Source of the DNA: Gracilibacteraceae bacterium
Lineage (GTDB): Bacteria; Bacillota; Desulfitobacteriia; Desulfitobacteriales; Syntrophobotulaceae
Direction: 5' to 3'
Assembly: GCA_031263945.1 (NCBI GenBank)
Contig: JAISEW010000014.1
Coordinates: 1-34,695 of the forward strand
Length of the DNA stretch: 34,695 nucleotides
This document shows, one piece after another, positions 1-7,782 of the stretch. The notes beneath the pieces are model-generated. The model was given only the letters and a program-made list of their open reading frames with translations, had not been told where the DNA came from and did not search any database. The number at the start of each line of letters is the position of its first letter. Position 1 is the first letter of the stretch. The translations under genes were made by a program, and so were the position numbers.

Positions 1-57
1 CATGCCGGCGCGGCGCCGGCACAAACAGGCTGTGAAAAATCTACTTTCCCGTTTGCT

Positions 58-813
58 TTAATGGACCGCGTCAGCGTTGGAAGTGCCGCCGTCCACAGCG
101 ATAGTGACGGCGGTGATATAGCCCGCCTCTTTTGAAGCTAAAAGAATCGCCGTTTCATTGTACTCGTCGGGGACAGCCAGCCGCTTCACCGGAATGTTTT
201 GCGCTATCATCTCCAAAAACTGGGGCGGCATAGTGGTGTTCACCATGTCAGTGGTCGTGAGCCCGGCGGCGATGGTGTTGACGGTGACGCCGTGAGGACC
301 CAGCTCAGCGGCCATGGCCCGCGCCAGGGCGATAAGCCCTCCTTTGGCGGCGCTGTAGTGCGCCATCAAGGGCACGCCTCTGAGTCCCTGACCAGAGGTG
401 ATGAAGATGACGCGCCCATAGTTCCGCTTCACCATTTCTTTGGCGGCGGCCACGGCGCAGTAAAGGGGGCCGCTCAGGTTGACGTCTATGACGGAGTGCC
501 ATTCCTCGGGGGTGATCTGCGTGAAAGGGGTCACCGGATAGAAACCGGCGCTGTTCAGCAGGATGTCGATTTTCCCATACTCCGCCACCACTTGGGTGAC
601 CATGCCTTCCGCCTGGTCTGGAGAGGTGATGTCCGCTACGATGCCACCGCCCTGACCGATGGACTTGATAGCCTGCGTCACCTTGTCCACCCGTTCCCGG
701 TTCCTGCTGGCCACGACCACCGTTGCGCCCTCTCTGGCAAACGCCAGCGCGATCTGCTCGCCGATCCCGGATGTGCCGCCGGGGATGAGGGCCACATTTC
801 CTTTCAGTCTCAT
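58..813 (-). CDS. SDR family NAD(P)-dependent oxidoreductase
   Basis: ORF 58..984 trimmed to the internal ATG at 813, which is preceded by AAGGAG. It has the Rossmann motif IPGGTSGIG near the N-terminus and the catalytic Y-x3-K motif (YSAAK). About 251 aa is a typical SDR length. Confidence 0.9.
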   Translation of the reverse strand: MRLKGNVALIPGGTSGIGEQIALAFAREGATVVVASRNRERVDKVTQAIKSIGQGGGIVADITSPDQAEGMVTQVVAEYGKIDILLNSAGFYPVTPFTQITPEEWHSVIDVNLSGPLYCAVAAAKEMVKRNYGRVIFITSGQGLRGVPLMAHYSAAKGGLIALARAMAAELGPHGVTVNTIAAGLTTTDMVNTTMPPQFLEMIAQNIPVKRLAVPDEYNETAILLASKEAGYITAVTIAVDGGTSNADAVH

Positions 814-852
814 GTCGATACTCCTTTCCGTGCGTTGAACTGTTTTGGCTCT

Positions 853-879
853 CCGATGAAACCGATGAAACCGATGAAT
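853..879. repeat. Three tandem 9-nt repeats (CCGATGAAA x2 plus CCGATGAAT) in the 5' leader of the SDR gene
   Basis: Read directly at 853-861, 862-870 and 871-879. On the minus (mRNA) strand they read TTCATCGG(T) repeats between the predicted promoter and the RBS. Confidence 0.85.
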
Positions 880-913
880 ACGCTTTTTATCACCCCTTCC
901 GCCATCAAAAAAA

Positions 914-945
914 CTATTGATTAAAACATTTGTTTCAATCAATAG
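914..945 (-). promoter_or_regulatory. 32-bp AT-rich near-perfect palindrome (operator-like) overlapping the -10/+1 of the SDR promoter
   Basis: CTATTGATTAAAACA-TT-TGTTTCAATCAATAG has 15-bp arms with one mismatch. On the minus strand it is followed by T7 (907-913), so it also has intrinsic-terminator shape. Confidence 0.55.
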
Positions 946-972
946 TATACACCAGCCGTCTAATAAATGCAA
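944..972 (-). promoter_or_regulatory. Sigma-70/SigA-type promoter for the SDR gene
   Basis: The minus strand reads TTGCAT (972..967), a 17-nt spacer, then TATACT (949..944), about 130 nt upstream of the ATG at 813. Confidence 0.6.
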
Positions 973-1030
973 CTCCGATAACAATTATTTTTCCAAGTAT
1001 TCAGCAAACTTGGTTATACTTCACGCCATC

Positions 1031-1063
1031 GTCATTGCGAGAAGCGAAGCGACGAAGCAATCC
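1031..1063. repeat. REP-like GC hairpin motif (GTCATTGCGAGAAGCGAAGCGACGAAGCAATCC)
   Basis: CATTGC...GCAATC inverted ends flank a GAAGCGAAGCGACGAAGC core. This motif class recurs intergenically in many gut anaerobe genomes (from memory). It explains the spurious ORFs 917..1249 and 930..1184. Confidence 0.5.
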
Positions 1064-1222
1064 AGTTTTAAGCGAGGTCAAAGGGAAAAAAATCGTTCCC
1101 CAATATGTCAGCCACGAAGAAGCGATCGGGAGAGGTCTGAACTCCGGCTCTGTAGACTCGCACGATTACTTAAACGCCGCCTAATGCTGCGTTCGCCTTT
1201 CAGCATCACGGCATTTTTGGGC

Positions 1223-1250
1223 TTGACATATTTTCGGCTTCCGTTATAGT
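1223..1250 (+). promoter_or_regulatory. Promoter of the toxin-antitoxin operon
   Basis: TTGACA (1223-1228), a 16-nt spacer, then TATAGT (1245-1250). A small inverted repeat ATAG-N6-CTAT overlaps the -10. The RBS GGGGGTG lies 5 nt before the ATG at 1274. Confidence 0.65.
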
Positions 1251-1273
1251 TAAAGCTATTAGGGGGTGTTGAT

Positions 1274-1546
1274 ATGAAAATGATTAGGCCGGTGTCGGAT
1301 TTAAGACAGAATTTTGCCGAAATATCCAAAACGGTACACGAAACCGCGCAGCCGGTTTTCCTCACAAAGAACGGATTTGGCGACATGGTAGTATTGAGCA
1401 TGGAAGCATATGAAAATCTGCAATTTGAGAGCGAGATATATTTCAAATTGCAGGAAGCAGAGCGCGAAGCGAGGGCAACGAAACAGCGATATTCGTCCAA
1501 GGACGTACTAAAGGCCATGCAGAAAGCTATTAAAGAAAATGTATGA
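1274..1546 (+). CDS. Type II antitoxin, Phd/YefM (prevent-host-death) family
   Basis: 90 aa. The N-terminus MKMIRPVSDLRQNFAEISKTV...PVFLTKNGFGDMVVLSMEAYE is typical of Phd/YefM antitoxins. It overlaps the downstream toxin gene by 8 nt. Confidence 0.85.
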   Translation: MKMIRPVSDLRQNFAEISKTVHETAQPVFLTKNGFGDMVVLSMEAYENLQFESEIYFKLQEAEREARATKQRYSSKDVLKAMQKAIKENV

Positions 1547-1850
1547 CCTGGAATATCTGCCGATAGCAAAACAAGACATGACGGACATAGCACGGTATAT
1601 CAGCCATGATCTAGGCAATCCGGCAGCGGCTGAAAAGTTGGCCGGGGATATGATAAAAGCCGCCGGCAAGTTGAAGGATTTCCCTTATTCAAATGCCGTC
1701 TATAATCCAATTAGACCACTAAAGCAAGAGTATCGCCGCCTATTGGTGCAGAATTATATTTTGTTCTACTCTGTTGATGAAGCGCAAAAACTCATAACGG
1801 TGGCACGGGTGATTTACGCGCGACGGGATTACGAGAAATTGCTGGGATAA
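1539..1850 (+). CDS. Type II toxin, RelE/ParE family
   Basis: 103 aa. The pattern YLPIAKQDMTDIARYIS...FPYSNAVY...YRRLLVQNYILFY...ITVARVIYARRDYEKLL matches the RelE/ParE toxin pattern. It is translationally coupled to the antitoxin. Confidence 0.85.
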   Translation: MYDLEYLPIAKQDMTDIARYISHDLGNPAAAEKLAGDMIKAAGKLKDFPYSNAVYNPIRPLKQEYRRLLVQNYILFYSVDEAQKLITVARVIYARRDYEKLLG

Positions 1851-1982
1851 CTAAATTATCGGCGTTAAAATAAACGTTTTCAAGACGGTCGGCCCTATAC
1901 TGACGGCTGCGGGAAACGGCATTGTGTTAACGCTGTTTTTATTATATTCCTGATTTTGGAATCAAGGAATTGGAGCAGAACC

Positions 1983-2912
1983 ATGAAACGTAAAAATGTC
2001 GCATTGTTACTGCTGATCACAGCGATCATGGCGGTTGCCGTTCTCGTTTTTCACGAAATCGCCGCTCGCAACCCACAGGGAATAAATTCCATTTCTAGCG
2101 GGACTATCCCGCAAGAGGCGACATATTATGTCTTGGACGGCGCAATTTTGGGCGCTCGTTTTGGCGAAAATTGGTACGGCGCCGAGTCGTCTCATCCGTT
2201 TCAACTGAATAGCGCCCTTGCCCAGCCTTCGTATTCACTCTACAAACGAGGGGAATATGCAGGCGCCTCTGATACCGCCACTCTTTTCCCGCTTTGGGCG
2301 CAGGATATTCCAAGCGAACTGTCGCTGATCGGGAACATCAGAGAGATAGTATCCGCGGAGTTCGAGGCATATGCGGGTCATCCGCCGCTGTCGGAAGAAA
2401 GTACGCCGGTTTTAGACCTGAAAATCCCTCTGCGCGGCGAAATAAGCGAGGATATCAGCTCGGAGTACAGCGTTTTCTTCTCAAATCCCGCCGCTTATGA
2501 CTTAGCGGTGAGCGGGACAGCGGACGTCGCCTTTGCGGGAGACATCATCTGGCAGGGAGCGGCGGTGAATGATTTAGACGCGATAAAAAAACTGCTGCCG
2601 AAACCCATAGATTTGTTTATCAGTGAAACAGTCGAGGTCAAATCGCCGGAACGAAAAGAGGAGACGCTTATATTTGCTGCGTCTCCCGCGGATCATTTTG
2701 CCGCTGTTTTTCTGAAAACATCTGAAAATTATCAAATGCTCGAAGACTGGCAAGCTGACGATATCAAATTACTGGGCGTCTACGATTTGGAACAAGACGG
2801 CGATTACGAAGTATGTGTTCAAATCAGTTACAACGACAGCGGCGCTTATTTTGCCGCAAATACCGCCCATAACAGTTGGAACGTGCTGCTGTGTTCGCCT
2901 TTCGGCGTTTGA
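1983..2912 (+). CDS. Hypothetical membrane-anchored/secreted protein
   Basis: ORF 1956..2912 trimmed to the ATG at 1983, with GGAG 8 nt upstream. The N-terminus MKRKNVALLLLITAIMAVAVLVF is a signal-anchor helix. No family was recognised. Confidence 0.7.
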   Translation: MKRKNVALLLLITAIMAVAVLVFHEIAARNPQGINSISSGTIPQEATYYVLDGAILGARFGENWYGAESSHPFQLNSALAQPSYSLYKRGEYAGASDTATLFPLWAQDIPSELSLIGNIREIVSAEFEAYAGHPPLSEESTPVLDLKIPLRGEISEDISSEYSVFFSNPAAYDLAVSGTADVAFAGDIIWQGAAVNDLDAIKKLLPKPIDLFISETVEVKSPERKEETLIFAASPADHFAAVFLKTSENYQMLEDWQADDIKLLGVYDLEQDGDYEVCVQISYNDSGAYFAANTAHNSWNVLLCSPFGV

Positions 2913-2913
2913 T

Positions 2914-3282
2914 CTAAAATTGATATCCGCTTTCGACCCAATAGTGCCAGTCCTTAATGGCTTCCACCGTTTCTTCATCCGAATCAACTGGTAATATTTG
3001 TTCCAACGGAACACCAAATTGCCTGTTTTGCCATTCAACAATTACAAACATGCCATTTTTACAGCAATCAGAAGCCGCCATTTTTAACGCTACTATCTTT
3101 TCATCTTTTTTTAACGGCGATATTATAACCTCTTTGACGCATAGCGCTTCAAACGGAAACGTCAGGACATCGTCCAAATACGCTTCCCAGCCAATTGCGC
3201 GCTCTTCGGCATCATGAGCGTCTACAACAATTTCATTTATTATTCTATATTCCCGCAGTTCATCTTCTTTAATTTTTCCCAT
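2914..3282 (-). CDS. Small acidic protein, CcbP-like (calcium-binding protein family)
   Basis: 122 aa. The pattern REYRIINEIVVDAHDAEERAIGWEAYLDDVLTFPF ... EAIKDWHYWVESGYQF resembles my recollection of cyanobacterial CcbP and its homologues. It lies 14 nt downstream of the XRE gene. Confidence 0.6.
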   Translation of the reverse strand: MGKIKEDELREYRIINEIVVDAHDAEERAIGWEAYLDDVLTFPFEALCVKEVIISPLKKDEKIVALKMAASDCCKNGMFVIVEWQNRQFGVPLEQILPVDSDEETVEAIKDWHYWVESGYQF

Positions 3283-3296
3283 TACAAACTCCTTAC

Positions 3297-3668
3297 TTAT
3301 CCTACTGGATCAATCGTATATATTTCTGAAAGATTACGGATAAAATTTCGGATAACCTCTCGATGGGATTCAGGCAGAGCAATATAACATTCAAGGATTT
3401 TACGGTCACTGAAATCAAGTTTATGTTGCTTGACCAGCCGGGCAATTAAAGATTCTTCGCCATCAAGAAACATTTTGCCGTCGCCGGTTCGCAACCATTG
3501 CTCATTCACAGAAAACTCGGCGCACACAGCTTTATATACAGTGCCGGGAGGTACAACGACAGCACGCTCCCAATTATTAACTACACTCCGACTGACACCC
3601 AAACGAGCGCCAAATTCAGTTTGAGTAAGAGCAAAGTGCTTGCGCACTGCGCGGATCCGCTCATTCAA
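3297..3668 (-). CDS. XRE-family helix-turn-helix transcriptional regulator
   Basis: HTH segment LTQTEFGARLGVSRSVVNNWERA. I prefer the TTG start at 3668 (MNERIRAVRK...) because GGAGG lies 9 nt upstream. The ORF track extends to 3767 and an alternative ATG exists at 3719. Confidence 0.8.
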   Translation of the reverse strand: MNERIRAVRKHFALTQTEFGARLGVSRSVVNNWERAVVVPPGTVYKAVCAEFSVNEQWLRTGDGKMFLDGEESLIARLVKQHKLDFSDRKILECYIALPESHREVIRNFIRNLSEIYTIDPVG

Positions 3669-3792
3669 ATATAGACACCTCCATTCCTGTGGATTATTAT
3701 AAATCTTCTGTTTGAGCATGTCAAGCCAAAAAGTGAGTGCCTTCATTCCGGGTTCCGCCCAACCCAACCATATTCATGTGATAGTGCAAATC

Positions 3793-3906
3793 GTAGGGGC
3801 GATGGCAATCGCCCCGTGTCTTGCAATCGCCCCGTCTCCCGCGATTTCCCCGCATCGCGCAAATGGATTGAACAGGAACCACGGGCGGATTGCCATCCGC
3901 CCCTAC
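3793..3906. repeat. Cluster of REP-like GC-rich hairpins bounded by an imperfect inverted repeat
   Basis: GTAGGGGCGATGGCAATCGCCCC (3793-3815) is a near reverse complement of GGGCGGATTGCCATCCGCCCCTAC (3883-3906), and each is itself a hairpin. A direct repeat GCAATCGCCCCGT occurs at 3805 and 3823, and a CGCGAT-N8-ATCGCG hairpin at 3840-3859. Confidence 0.7.
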
Positions 3907-4016
3907 GGAAATTCGTTTCAAATATGTGCAGGGATTAAACGGCACATAGATCCGCAAAATTGGCATGACGATTGTTTTCGCGTGGGCAGAGACGGGTATC
4001 CATGAAGCCTCCTAAA

Positions 4017-4394
4017 TTAGGACCATATCACAAAGCAAAAGGGATGCCCCGCCGGGTCGATCATGGTAATCCACTTATCCCCGCCATATTGCGCGCCAGC
4101 TTTTACGGCCCCGCAGGAAACGGCGTGTTCCGCGGCAAGCTCCATCTGTTCCCTGTCCCGCACCGCAAAATCCAGATGCGCCATCTGCCGCTGTGCGCCC
4201 GGTTCGTCCGGCCATACTGGAGGCGCATAAGCGGCGTCTTGCTGGAACGCGATTTTTACGCCGCCTGACGGTGAAACAATGTCCGCCCACTCGTTTTCTT
4301 CCGTATAGTTTTTCTTCCAGCCGAGCAGACGGATATAGAAGGCGGATAAGGCGGCGGCGTCTCCGCACTCCAACACAACGGCGTCCAGCGTCAT
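4017..4394 (-). CDS. VOC (glyoxalase/bleomycin-resistance/dioxygenase) family protein
   Basis: The pattern MTLDAVVLECGDAAALSAFYIRLLGW...HLDFAV...GHPFCF is typical of small VOC proteins. The ATG at 4394 is preferred; the ORF track start is 4427. Confidence 0.75.
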   Translation of the reverse strand: MTLDAVVLECGDAAALSAFYIRLLGWKKNYTEENEWADIVSPSGGVKIAFQQDAAYAPPVWPDEPGAQRQMAHLDFAVRDREQMELAAEHAVSCGAVKAGAQYGGDKWITMIDPAGHPFCFVIWS

Positions 4395-4514
4395 GGGGAG
4401 CAGTTCCTTTGTGTCCCTTGGTTCCACGATGACACCTCTAATCTTTTTCCCTGATCATACCACCTCGGGCGCAGCCCGACAAATGCAGAATGAAGAATGC
4501 GGTTTTGGAATTTG

Positions 4515-4555
4515 AAAAAATGACGGCAATCCGGCGAGGAAAACGGGTGGATTGC
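4515..4555 (-). terminator. Candidate intrinsic terminator downstream of the eight-gene operon
   Basis: Minus strand: GCAATCC-N16-GGATTGC followed by CGTCATTTTTT. It lies 25 nt after the EamA stop codon. Confidence 0.45.
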
Positions 4556-4579
4556 GGCTGATGAGGTGAAGGCGCCATT

Positions 4580-5533
4580 CTAGCCGATACTTTTTTCGCG
4601 CTTGGGGTTTTTGGGCAAATTCAGCGCGGCCAGCCCCGCGAGGACCATCGCCATCCCGGTCAGCATAACGGTGTCCGGGCGTTCGCCGTAAATAAAAAAC
4701 CCCAGCGCGGCCGCGAAAACCGGATCGACAGAAGCCAGAATGGCGGCCGTCCCCGTTTCCATGAACCGCATCCCGTATGTATAAAGGATATAAGGCAGCA
4801 AAGCCGAAACCAAAGCGTGCGCCAACAGGAAGCCGCTCATTTTCAGCGGAGCAGCCGCCACCGTAGCGCCTATCAGGGTAAAATCCGCGAACGGCGCGCA
4901 GCCCAAGGCGCCGAAGAAAAACGTATAAAAATTGATCGTCAGCGCGTGATAACCGCGGTTCAGAGCGACGCGCGACATGACGCCCAGCATGGCCCAGCCC
5001 AGAGCGCCCAGCAGACCGACCAGCACCCCGAACGGGGAAAATCCGCCGCCACCGGGCGCGCCGGCAGCCCCGCTCCCGACGATCCCGCTTGTCAGGACAC
5101 TGCCGCCAAATACCACAATCATTGCCACAACCTTTTGGGTCGTGACGCGCTCACGGAAAAGCGGCGCGGACAGCGCGACGACGAAAATAGGCGCTGTCGC
5201 CAGTAAAATAGATGCCAGAGACAGCGCGTTCATCACGATGGAGATGGAATAGAACAAATTGAGCAGCACGGCGCTGGAAACGCCCGCCGCCACCATGACC
5301 CAGACGTCGCGGCGGCGAACGCAAAACAGCCGGCGGTCGCCGGTCAGGAGCAAAAAACCGCCCAAGAGCGCCGCCGCCAAGGACATGCGGGAAAAAACAA
5401 CAGTCAGAGGGCTGTACCCGAGACCGTCCAGATAACGGACGAACAGCCCGATAGAACCCCACATGCACCCGGCCGCCAGCACCGCGATAACGGCGATGGC
5501 GGCCGGGGTTTTTGCGGCGCGCGCGCCGGTCAC
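4580..5533 (-). CDS. EamA/DMT-family transporter (10-TM drug/metabolite permease)
   Basis: 317 aa, highly hydrophobic, with two EamA-like halves. It has a GTG start 1 nt after the upstream stop, so it is operonic. Confidence 0.8.
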   Translation of the reverse strand: MTGARAAKTPAAIAVIAVLAAGCMWGSIGLFVRYLDGLGYSPLTVVFSRMSLAAALLGGFLLLTGDRRLFCVRRRDVWVMVAAGVSSAVLLNLFYSISIVMNALSLASILLATAPIFVVALSAPLFRERVTTQKVVAMIVVFGGSVLTSGIVGSGAAGAPGGGGFSPFGVLVGLLGALGWAMLGVMSRVALNRGYHALTINFYTFFFGALGCAPFADFTLIGATVAAAPLKMSGFLLAHALVSALLPYILYTYGMRFMETGTAAILASVDPVFAAALGFFIYGERPDTVMLTGMAMVLAGLAALNLPKNPKREKSIG

Positions 5534-5534
5534 A

Positions 5535-6143
5535 TCAGCCCCCGTCTTTGACGCCGTTCAGCGTCACCGAGAGCCAGCCCAGGAAAGAACCCAGGAGCAT
5601 AGCGAGGACGGAGATGATCCAGCCGCCGAAAGCCGAGACGTAAAGATTGGGAGAATTGCCGATAAAAGAACCGCCTAACCCGATGAAAATGCAGCCCAGC
5701 GTAAGGGCGATCCCCGAGTAGTAAGCGAGTGTGCCCTGCTGAAACAGCGGCGCCAGTTCTATCACGCCGACTACGACACAGAAGCCGACGAAATAGGCGA
5801 TGACCAAACCGACATCCGGTTTACCCCAAACGCCGTCAAAAAACGCCTGCGGCCAGGTTTCTGCGGGACTGCCGTCGCCGAAAGCCCGAATCAGAGCTTC
5901 GGCCAGCATCTGGACCAGCATACCGCCGAAACCGCCGGCGGCGTAGCTGGGGATCAGGATTTTTAACCCTGCCGGCTTGGCGCCAAACACAAAATAAAGC
6001 CCCCACACGCTGAAAGAGACAAACAGCGGCAGACTGTAAGCGCCGAGCCAGGCCCCGAACGGTATCGCGACCACCACGGTGATGGCGACGGCCAGCCACA
6101 TCGGCATGAGCTGTTTTGGTTTACTCGGTGTATTATTTTCCAT
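5535..6143 (-). CDS. Integral membrane protein of unknown function (possibly DUF1097-like)
   Basis: 202 aa with 5-6 predicted TM helices and Gly/Ala-rich segments. It sits in the operon between fixX and the EamA gene. The family assignment is tentative. Confidence 0.7.
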   Translation of the reverse strand: MENNTPSKPKQLMPMWLAVAITVVVAIPFGAWLGAYSLPLFVSFSVWGLYFVFGAKPAGLKILIPSYAAGGFGGMLVQMLAEALIRAFGDGSPAETWPQAFFDGVWGKPDVGLVIAYFVGFCVVVGVIELAPLFQQGTLAYYSGIALTLGCIFIGLGGSFIGNSPNLYVSAFGGWIISVLAMLLGSFLGWLSVTLNGVKDGG

Positions 6144-6161
6144 ATTTTACCTTTCTATGCC

Positions 6162-6458
6162 CTAACCTTCGCGGTAAATCACGCCCATACCGCCGCGCGG
6201 GTAACTCCAGGACAGCACGCCGGGAGGCGCCGCCGCCAAACAGGTCCCGCACTCCAGACAGGCCGCGTACAAAACGCCGATCTCGCCGTTCGCCTGCTCC
6301 GAATAGACCCGCGCGGGGCAGATCCGCGCGAGCAGCGGCCCGGCCCCGGCGCGCTCCGCCTCCGCCTGATTGACCAAAATATGGGACTGTTCCGTGTCGG
6401 TCTCGTAGCGATTGCGGTCGAGCCGTTCCGCGACGGTTCCCCAGGGATTTTTACTCAT
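6162..6458 (-). CDS. fixX: Ferredoxin-like protein FixX
   Basis: 98 aa with ICPARVY...CLECGTC motifs typical of FixX. An ATGA start/stop overlap couples it to fixC. Confidence 0.85.
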   Translation of the reverse strand: MSKNPWGTVAERLDRNRYETDTEQSHILVNQAEAERAGAGPLLARICPARVYSEQANGEIGVLYAACLECGTCLAAAPPGVLSWSYPRGGMGVIYREG

Positions 6459-7771
6459 AAGGCTCTCACCCCCGCCAGCGCGTCTCTGACAGTCGGCAAA
6501 AGCGCCAGCGGACTGTTTTTCAAAGCGTCCCCGACGCCTGCCGCCAAGTGTCGGCGCGGCGTCGTATCCAGATTGTAGACGCCGTACATGATATCGCTCA
6601 AAAGCCTGCCATAATCCCCGTACATGTGCGGGTTTTCCAAAAAAAGCGGCGCCCGCCGGAAAGTGCGCATATCCTGGCCGACAAAGATCTTATCCAGTTC
6701 CCGGGGATAGGCGTCCAGCGCTTCCTGACTGTAATCCCCTCGTTTAAGCGCGGAGTCGACGACCCCGGCGGCGGCTAGGGCGGAACCGGCGGCCAAATCC
6801 ATGCCGCGCACGGTAAAACCGGTGTTCAGCGTCAGTCCGGCGGCATCGCCGACGACGACCAGCCCGGGTCTGGTCAGGTCATGCGCCATGGCCAGCCCTC
6901 CTTCGGCGACCAGGTGGCAGCCGTATTCCAGCAATTCGCCGCCGCGCAGGAAAGATTCCGTCGCCGGATGGGTCAAAAATCGGTCATGCAATTCCGCGGA
7001 ACTTTCACCGCTCCGCGCCAGATCATCCAGGCGCAGCACGACGCCGACGGACAGCGATTCCAGGTTTGTGTACAGAAAACCGCCGCCGCCCAGATCTTTG
7101 GTGCAATCGCCGACTATGGCGTAGGCGGCGCCGTTATCGCCGCTCAGGTTAAAACGTTCTTCAATAACACGCCGCGGCAGGCCGATCACGGATTTGACGC
7201 CTACAGCCAAATGTTTCAGCGGTTCCGGCCCCCGAACGCCGGCCTGACGGCAGAGCAAAGAATTCACTCCGTCCGCGGCGACCACCACATGGGCGCTCAA
7301 TTCGTCGCCGCCGGCGCGAATGCCCGTCACGCGGCCGTCTTCCGTGATCAGAGCGTCCACTCTGACGCCCGGCATAAGCATGACGCCGGCTTCTTCACAT
7401 TGCGCGGCCAGCCATTCGTCCAGTTTGGCCCGCAAAACAGAGACGGCGGTCACCGACTGAGCAAGCCTGTCGTCGGCGTAATCCAGATTGACAAAGGAGG
7501 ACGCCGAAAGAAAACTCAGGCAGTTACGCGTGATACGCCGCTCAATGGGCGCCGAGAGCAAAAAACCGGGCATGGCTTCTTCCATGACGCGGCAATAAAA
7601 CACCCCTCCGGACAGGTTTTTGCTGCCGGGACTCGGACCGCGCTCCACGAGCAGGACGGAGTGTCCCTGAAGCGCCAGCCGGTAAGCCGTGACGGAGCCG
7701 GCTATGCCGGCTCCCGCCACTATAACGTCAAAATCAACTTCTGCGGTCGCGGTAGTATCCATAGTTTTCAC
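6455..7771 (-). CDS. fixC: FAD-dependent oxidoreductase FixC (ETF:quinone oxidoreductase-like)
   Basis: 438 aa. The N-terminal dinucleotide fold is DFDVIVAGAGIAGSVTAYRLALQGHSVLLVERG. It lies between the flavoprotein gene and fixX. Confidence 0.85.
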   Translation of the reverse strand: MKTMDTTATAEVDFDVIVAGAGIAGSVTAYRLALQGHSVLLVERGPSPGSKNLSGGVFYCRVMEEAMPGFLLSAPIERRITRNCLSFLSASSFVNLDYADDRLAQSVTAVSVLRAKLDEWLAAQCEEAGVMLMPGVRVDALITEDGRVTGIRAGGDELSAHVVVAADGVNSLLCRQAGVRGPEPLKHLAVGVKSVIGLPRRVIEERFNLSGDNGAAYAIVGDCTKDLGGGGFLYTNLESLSVGVVLRLDDLARSGESSAELHDRFLTHPATESFLRGGELLEYGCHLVAEGGLAMAHDLTRPGLVVVGDAAGLTLNTGFTVRGMDLAAGSALAAAGVVDSALKRGDYSQEALDAYPRELDKIFVGQDMRTFRRAPLFLENPHMYGDYGRLLSDIMYGVYNLDTTPRRHLAAGVGDALKNSPLALLPTVRDALAGVRAL

Positions 7772-7782
7772 ACACAGTCCTT

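Noticed and set aside
1-57. A possible start codon (CAT at 1-3 on the plus strand) of a further minus-strand gene downstream of the SDR gene.
   Set aside because: Only 3 nt would lie inside the window, so this cannot be evaluated.
58-984. N-terminal extensions given by the ORF track for several genes: 58..984, 10209..11105, 16886..18118, 1956..2912, 22861.., 31011.., 11950.. and 4017..4427.
   Set aside because: In each case an internal ATG, TTG or GTG with a properly spaced Shine-Dalgarno coincides with the start of the conserved domain. The extensions overlap upstream genes or regulatory DNA.
917-1593. ORFs 917..1249 (+), 930..1184 (+) and 1108..1593 (-) in the SDR-TA intergenic region.
   Set aside because: They cross the palindrome, the REP-like motif and the TA promoter, or are antisense to the antitoxin gene. 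None has an RBS or a recognisable motif.
3712-4005. ORFs 3712..4005 (+), 3721..3966 (-) and 3972..4268 (+) in the XRE-VOC gap.
   Set aside because: They are read through REP-like GC hairpins (translations such as ...AIAPCLAIAPSPAISP...) or are antisense to the VOC gene. This is typical repeat-derived pseudo-ORF sequence.
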